DNA from: a virus
Lineage: Duplodnaviria; Caudoviricetes
Strand: one strand, 5' to 3'
DNA length: 64,000 nt
Virus record (IMG/VR): IMGVR_UViG_2030936005_000025
Location: 64,001 to 128,000 of that record
Made by a program: the position numbers and the translations under genes
Notes under the pieces: generated by a model
What the model saw: only the letters and a program-made list of their open reading frames with translations
Told to the model about the DNA's origin: nothing
The model's database searches: none
Shown: piece by piece, positions 59,189 to 64,000 of the stretch
How positions within the stretch are numbered: the stretch's first letter is position 1
Layout of the letters: each line of letters opens with the position of its first letter

Positions 59189-60043
59189 TTAACCCTTGAA
59201 GTTAGATTTCGCCGGGGGTTTCTCTTTAACCGATTTAGACATCTTAGCCAGGGCGTTTAACGTCGCAGTGATTTTGTTTTGCATACCTCCGATAATACGA
59301 GCTTTCTTCGTTTCTTCTTTGGCTTCATCACCTGCTTCTTTGTTATCTTCCTTGATACCGGCTTTTACTTCCGGTGTATCGTCTTCCGCTGGCTGTTTCA
59401 CATTACGCAACTTGTTGGCTGCCTGTTGTGCATTGCTCAGAGTCTTACGAAGAGAACCGCTAACAGATTGTACACCTTGACCGGCTGCAGTCTGAACCTC
59501 TTTATAGACAGCACGCAGCTTAGCCACGGTGTCACAGTTCTTGACCTTTTCAGCCGCATCTTTGATCTTGTCCATAGCACTGGCCAGATCACTGTTCTCT
59601 TCCTTCACTTCTTCGAACTCAGTACCACCTGACATGGCTTTCACTAAGCTCTCTGGGTTACGCAGAGGAGAATCTTCAGGAATTGGTGTATTCCCTTCTA
59701 CTTCGTTCAGTGCAGTGAGTGCGTCCTCAACGCGCTCAGACGCTTCCTCAGCAGCCTTCTGTGCATCACCGAAGAAGTACGTACTGATACGCTTCAACAT
59801 GTCTGTGATGTTGTTGTAGAGACGCTGAGCGACTTCCTTGATCGAATCACCGATAGACTTCGCTTCACTCCCGCACACATCGTAATGTAACGCATAGAAA
59901 CGTTCATTACCTGACATCCGCTGGAAACCATCACGGGTCACATCACCCAACGCTACACACCCATCAATCATCCAATCCAGATGTTCAAAGTCTGCATCCA
60001 ACTCTGGCGTCTCTGGGACAACCAGTAACATTTCTTCTTCCAT
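59189..60043 (-). CDS. Putative internal head protein, 284 aa
   Basis: Acidic N-terminal propeptide-like region, GSEAKSIGDSIKE followed by an amphipathic helix. Confidence 0.6.
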   Translation of the reverse strand: MEEEMLLVVPETPELDADFEHLDWMIDGCVALGDVTRDGFQRMSGNERFYALHYDVCGSEAKSIGDSIKEVAQRLYNNITDMLKRISTYFFGDAQKAAEEASERVEDALTALNEVEGNTPIPEDSPLRNPESLVKAMSGGTEFEEVKEENSDLASAMDKIKDAAEKVKNCDTVAKLRAVYKEVQTAAGQGVQSVSGSLRKTLSNAQQAANKLRNVKQPAEDDTPEVKAGIKEDNKEAGDEAKEETKKARIIGGMQNKITATLNALAKMSKSVKEKPPAKSNFKG

Positions 60044-60044
60044 A

Positions 60045-60620
60045 CTAACACCCTATGAAACGATCATTGCCGAACTGAATCATTTCATCGACCAGTTGGA
60101 CACAGTTAATTACCAGAACAACTTGAGCCAATGGATACGGGGAAGATTCTGCGTTAATCCATTCCCGTGTCCAGTTCAGTGCATTATCCACTGTCCGGGC
60201 AATGTCAGTGATGATCTCTGCATTGATCGGGAACCGTGTTTCATCCTGAAGGTGGGTTCGGTGTTGTTCAATCAGAAATTGACAGGTTGGAAGATCACAC
60301 ACTGTTTTATACAGATTCTCAGTCAACGCAGTTTCTTTGACTAACTCTGCCAGTTCAGAATCGGGTTCGATCGTACTACCCATCAAGTTGATCATCTCGT
60401 TAAGATGTTCGTAGTCGATAGTTGTCTTCTGAACAAAATCCTGGAAACGAGGAACAGTGAATTCATCCTCGATAAGCTGGATACGTTCCAGTGCAGCCTT
60501 TGCTGCGATAGGTCCGTTTACCAATTCACCTTTGAGATCCAGTTCAACACCATTGCGGCATGCCTGGAGTACAACCAACATCTGCTTTAAAAAGAGATAG
60601 TTATCTTGGTTACCGATCAT
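60045..60620 (-). CDS. Hypothetical protein, 191 aa
   Basis: ORF track, 4-nt overlap. Confidence 0.7.
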   Translation of the reverse strand: MIGNQDNYLFLKQMLVVLQACRNGVELDLKGELVNGPIAAKAALERIQLIEDEFTVPRFQDFVQKTTIDYEHLNEMINLMGSTIEPDSELAELVKETALTENLYKTVCDLPTCQFLIEQHRTHLQDETRFPINAEIITDIARTVDNALNWTREWINAESSPYPLAQVVLVINCVQLVDEMIQFGNDRFIGC

Positions 60621-61135
60621 ACCAGAACCTCTATGAACCCTGTGAAGTAATCGTGGGTTGAATTCACCGAGATAATGAGTTTACCGTCAATCGTAGAAAG
60701 GTGTACGTCATTGAGGGTAAGTTCATAAAAACCAAAAGCTCGACAGAACGTTAAGAAGTCACGCACGCTGTCGGTATCAAATCCTGTCGCGACATTCAGA
60801 ACCGCAGGGTCGGTTACTGTCAACACAGTGGAATACTTGGTGTTTAGTGTATCAGCACCAGACTGTGTGATCGGTTCATACATCTGAAAGATTTTGGTTT
60901 TGTACGGACGAATATCAATCCCGGTAGGAAAGATAGAACCCAACACAATTTTGTTCATCAGGATACCGTTCTTGGACATAGAGTCTTGAAGCAAGACTTT
61001 GTCATCCACAGTTGCTTTCGCAAAGATCAGATTATCCGGTGGTGTGGTTGTGGTGGTTCCATTTAATTTATCAAAGGCGGAGATTCCAATTGCCTTTAAA
61101 TGGTTGAGTGAGAAATTGATCGCATCGATGTTCAT
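60617..61135 (-). CDS. Hypothetical protein, 172 aa
   Basis: ORF track, 4-nt overlap. Confidence 0.7.
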   Translation of the reverse strand: MNIDAINFSLNHLKAIGISAFDKLNGTTTTTPPDNLIFAKATVDDKVLLQDSMSKNGILMNKIVLGSIFPTGIDIRPYKTKIFQMYEPITQSGADTLNTKYSTVLTVTDPAVLNVATGFDTDSVRDFLTFCRAFGFYELTLNDVHLSTIDGKLIISVNSTHDYFTGFIEVLV

Positions 61136-62208
61136 TTGCGCAATCCTGTTTCAACGAAGTCCAAACCGGTTTCCATTCCTGTTAACACATATTGCAGTGT
61201 AACCGTCATCAACCGTTTATTGAATCGCACCAACCAGTTCAGATAAGCACGACCATCTGGCGTCAGGTGTTTAGTCCCGAGTTCATACTTCTTCGCTTCT
61301 TTCTCAAAAGAACGATACAGTTGAGAAACGGTACTTTGGTTAGAACGGATGTTCTTCACCGTCTTGCGAACTTCCGCAAGCGTCGCATCAACCATTGGAC
61401 CACTCGGTTCATACTCATCAGACAACATCTTCACCGGAACAGTAGAGTTCTGGAAATAGATACCCACCTTGTTCAGATTATCTACAGTCGGACGCTCAAT
61501 CACTAACTGACGGTTACCCGGAATAATCCCTGTGGTAAAGGTATCGCCGCTCTCTGTAAGCTTGAGTTCTTTCTTCAACGCAGAGAGGGTTTTATCAATC
61601 TGACCTGCCAGATCAAAATCCTCAGTACCGGCTGATTCAATTAACGAACCTAACTTACGGTAAGCATCTACCGTGCTGTCATAGAAGTCGTTAACAGAAG
61701 CCAGAGAACCTTTTACCCAGTTTGGATCCATCGAGATAGTCAGTGGATCAAACAGACGACGCACTGTCGCAGGGTACTTAACAGCGTGAGAAACAATCCC
61801 ATCACGTTTACGGCGAAGAGACACACGGAACTCACGGTTATCCAAACGAGCCACACGGTTGTTGATCAGGTTCAATAAGAAGGCTACAGCGTCTTTAGCG
61901 AGTTGAACCAGGAAGTGAATAACTTTCTTCACTTGGTTAGCACTCTCTACACCGTCTACAACCGCCGTTGAGACATCTTCTTCCATTGCTGGAAGTTGGA
62001 TACCCCCAAATGAAGAAAAGCGCTGTATGATGCTCTCAAGGCCATCTACAGATTCTTTATCTTCTTCTTTAACATTATCTTTCTTAACGTCTACTTTCTC
62101 ATTAAGAAAGAAGTTCATTCTGCCTTCATAAGGTTCCATTCTCTCACCGTAGATATAGTCGGTGGAGTCAATAGGTTCCTTAGGGCTTGGAATTAATTTC
62201 TGAGACAT
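61132..62208 (-). CDS. Putative internal head protein, 358 aa
   Basis: DGLES and DGVES motifs, IIPGNRQL; AGGAG RBS. Confidence 0.65.
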   Translation of the reverse strand: MSQKLIPSPKEPIDSTDYIYGERMEPYEGRMNFFLNEKVDVKKDNVKEEDKESVDGLESIIQRFSSFGGIQLPAMEEDVSTAVVDGVESANQVKKVIHFLVQLAKDAVAFLLNLINNRVARLDNREFRVSLRRKRDGIVSHAVKYPATVRRLFDPLTISMDPNWVKGSLASVNDFYDSTVDAYRKLGSLIESAGTEDFDLAGQIDKTLSALKKELKLTESGDTFTTGIIPGNRQLVIERPTVDNLNKVGIYFQNSTVPVKMLSDEYEPSGPMVDATLAEVRKTVKNIRSNQSTVSQLYRSFEKEAKKYELGTKHLTPDGRAYLNWLVRFNKRLMTVTLQYVLTGMETGLDFVETGLRK

Positions 62209-62253
62209 AACAAACTCCTAAGTGAGATCATAGCATTCAAAATAAACAGCAAA

Positions 62254-62283
62254 AGGAACAAGGAGCCGAAGCCCCTTGTTCCT
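62254..62283 (-). terminator. UUCG-loop terminator
   Basis: Minus strand aggaacaaggggc-ttcg-gctccttgttcct followed by tttg. Confidence 0.8.
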
Positions 62284-62312
62284 AATGTCATTTCACTTCA
62301 GAGAGTCGAAGA

Positions 62313-63557
62313 TTATTTATCTTCTTCTTTCTTAGCAGCCGGAGCTGAACCGCCCAGGTGAGCCTTAACGAAGGCCAGCTGTGCTTCCAGGATGTCAGCA
62401 CCCAGGTTGGTTGCACCGCGCGCGTATTTCAGAGCAGCGGTGTGAGCACCTTTAACTGCGCCAACGGTAGACTTAACTTCTTTCTTCTCATCATCGGTAC
62501 GATCAGCTTTAGGAACGCTGTTCTTCTCGATCGCGCCAACAGCTTTGTCGCGCTGAGTAGTCAGAGCAGATTTGTCCAGTTTGGCGTTGTGCAGTTTGTC
62601 TGCATCAGAAGCAACACCGTTAACCAGAGACAGCAGGACAGATTTGTCCAGTTTGCCGCCTTTCGGAGCTTCGACCTGTTTAACAGTTACAGCTGCTTTA
62701 CCCAGACCTGCATCGCGCAGTGGAGCAACAACGTGGATTTCAGCACCGCTACCGATAACGATTTTCAGAGTTTCGGTGTCGTCGCTCTTACCTTCGATGG
62801 TTTTGGTACCTGCGCCGCCGAATGCATCAGCAACAGCGTGAGCTGCTTGAGCAGAGTCACCTTCGCGAGCCAGACCCAGACCACCCAGTTCAGAGAAGCA
62901 TTTGCCCTGTACAGAGATCAGTGCAGCGATAGCTTTAGAGCTACCGTTAGCTTCCAGCAGTGAAGCAGATTTAGAAAGGGTGATTTCACCTTCTTTCGCA
63001 GTACCGGAGTTAACCGCGGCTTTCAGGGTGCCCGCTTTAGCTTTGATGCCTTTCAGCTTGTTGAACAGGCCGATGAACATGTTGATGAAGCTGTTGTACA
63101 GATCAACGAAGAATTTCTTCACTGCACCAGCTGCTTTACCAGCAGTTTCTTTGAAAGACTCAACGCCAGCGAATGCAGCCAGGTTGGCGGTAGATGCGTC
63201 AGCATAAGACTCAGCACCCTGAACTTCAACCTCAACACCGAAACGGCCAGAGATTTTAGCAGCGCGGTGCATGCGGTATGCGAACAGTTCAGCGTTGAAA
63301 GGAGTAGCACCAGACATCATTGATTCGATGCCGGCAACTTCTTCTTCCAGCTCTTCAACTTTTTCTTCCAGAGCTTCGATCGCAGTTTCATGAGTCGCGA
63401 TGTCTTTATCGTGCTCAGCGATGTCGGCTTCGGCTTCGGCGATTTCTTTATCAACGATCGCTTCTGCTGCTTCTTCAGCAGTAGCTACGATTGCGGTTTC
63501 AGACAGTTCAGCGCTTTCCTGGCCGGCAACGCTTTTGAAGATATCAGAGAGTGACAT
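62313..63557 (-). CDS. Abundant internal head protein (phiKZ gp93-97-like family), 414 aa
   Basis: Acidic coiled propeptide with AGQES, AGIES, GAES, AGVESF; strong codon bias; own strong terminator. Confidence 0.75.
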   Translation of the reverse strand: MSLSDIFKSVAGQESAELSETAIVATAEEAAEAIVDKEIAEAEADIAEHDKDIATHETAIEALEEKVEELEEEVAGIESMMSGATPFNAELFAYRMHRAAKISGRFGVEVEVQGAESYADASTANLAAFAGVESFKETAGKAAGAVKKFFVDLYNSFINMFIGLFNKLKGIKAKAGTLKAAVNSGTAKEGEITLSKSASLLEANGSSKAIAALISVQGKCFSELGGLGLAREGDSAQAAHAVADAFGGAGTKTIEGKSDDTETLKIVIGSGAEIHVVAPLRDAGLGKAAVTVKQVEAPKGGKLDKSVLLSLVNGVASDADKLHNAKLDKSALTTQRDKAVGAIEKNSVPKADRTDDEKKEVKSTVGAVKGAHTAALKYARGATNLGADILEAQLAFVKAHLGGSAPAAKKEEDK

Positions 63558-63596
63558 AGTGCAAGTACCTTTTTCTATAGAAATGGTTAAAACGAT

Positions 63597-64000
63597 TTAA
63601 TTAAATTGTTTACTTAAGTAGGACGACAATGTGTCCACATAATCGTCCAGGTAGATCATGAGCTGTGGAAGAAACCCTGAGTATAAAGTGAACACCTTGG
63701 TATTCCCTTCCAGATGAGAACGCAGATCTGTTAGCAGAGCAGCAGAAACGTCCCCTTTCAAAGTATCTAAATGAGCAAAAGATTTACCCAGCACAGTATT
63801 GAATTTCTTCGTATAACTGTCGTACTGATTAAGAGCCTTCACAACATATTGATACGTTTCGACCAACTTGTTCAACTTCACCAAGATGGACTTGACGTCA
63901 TCTTTACCAAATGATTCAGTAACTTCTTCACCTGGACTGGTAAAATTGACAAGAGAAGTCTTGTCAGAACGCTCATCAAACCAGATCATCTTCCCACCGG
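63597..64000 (-). CDS. 3' part of a probable internal head protein paralog; frame open to the window end
   Basis: Frame continues upstream of the 63989 ATG (GGKMIWF); adjacent to 62313-63557. Confidence 0.55.
   Translation of the reverse strand, partial: GGKMIWFDERSDKTSLVNFTSPGEEVTESFGKDDVKSILVKLNKLVETYQYVVKALNQYDSYTKKFNTVLGKSFAHLDTLKGDVSAALLTDLRSHLEGNTKVFTLYSGFLPQLMIYLDDYVDTLSSYLSKQFN

Noticed and set aside
62358-63207. Several plus-strand ORFs antisense to the internal head protein
   Set aside because: Same codon-bias shadow effect; Ser/Ala/Phe-rich mirror translation
31300-63600. TATG late-promoter cores upstream of structural genes
   Set aside because: A 4-nt motif in AT-rich DNA cannot be distinguished from chance without TSS data
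1-64000. Assignment to a specific named phage or host species
   Set aside because: Needs a database search; the sequence supports only a phiKZ-related jumbo phage of a Gram-negative host

Overview
This window is a gene-dense, mostly minus-strand segment of a phiKZ-related jumbo myophage (Chimalliviridae-like); it is not bacterial chromosome. Synteny and motifs match the phiKZ core block: internal head protein cluster, DnaB-like helicase, major capsid protein, nvRNAP beta-like subunit (gp123-type), portal, baseplate and tail fibre genes, central spike, SbcC, lytic transglycosylase, NAD-dependent ligase and RNase HI. An orphan-rich accessory stretch occupies about 1-10 kb. An overlapping spanin-like pair implies a Gram-negative host. 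Most notable: (1) a tail-fibre paralog with about 20 BspA/DUF285-type repeats appended; (2) a P-loop kinase-like domain fused to a head-protein-like body; (3) a candidate lysis module (overlapping spanins plus an internally duplicated 4-TM protein), with a distant signal-peptide transglycosylase; (4) a recurrent phage promoter-like motif; (5) a 46-aa microprotein missed by the ORF track and two tandem small genes sharing a basic C-terminal motif. I saw no tRNA, rRNA, CRISPR array, integrase, transposase, intron or intein. Homology calls come from motif recall and synteny; no database search was run.
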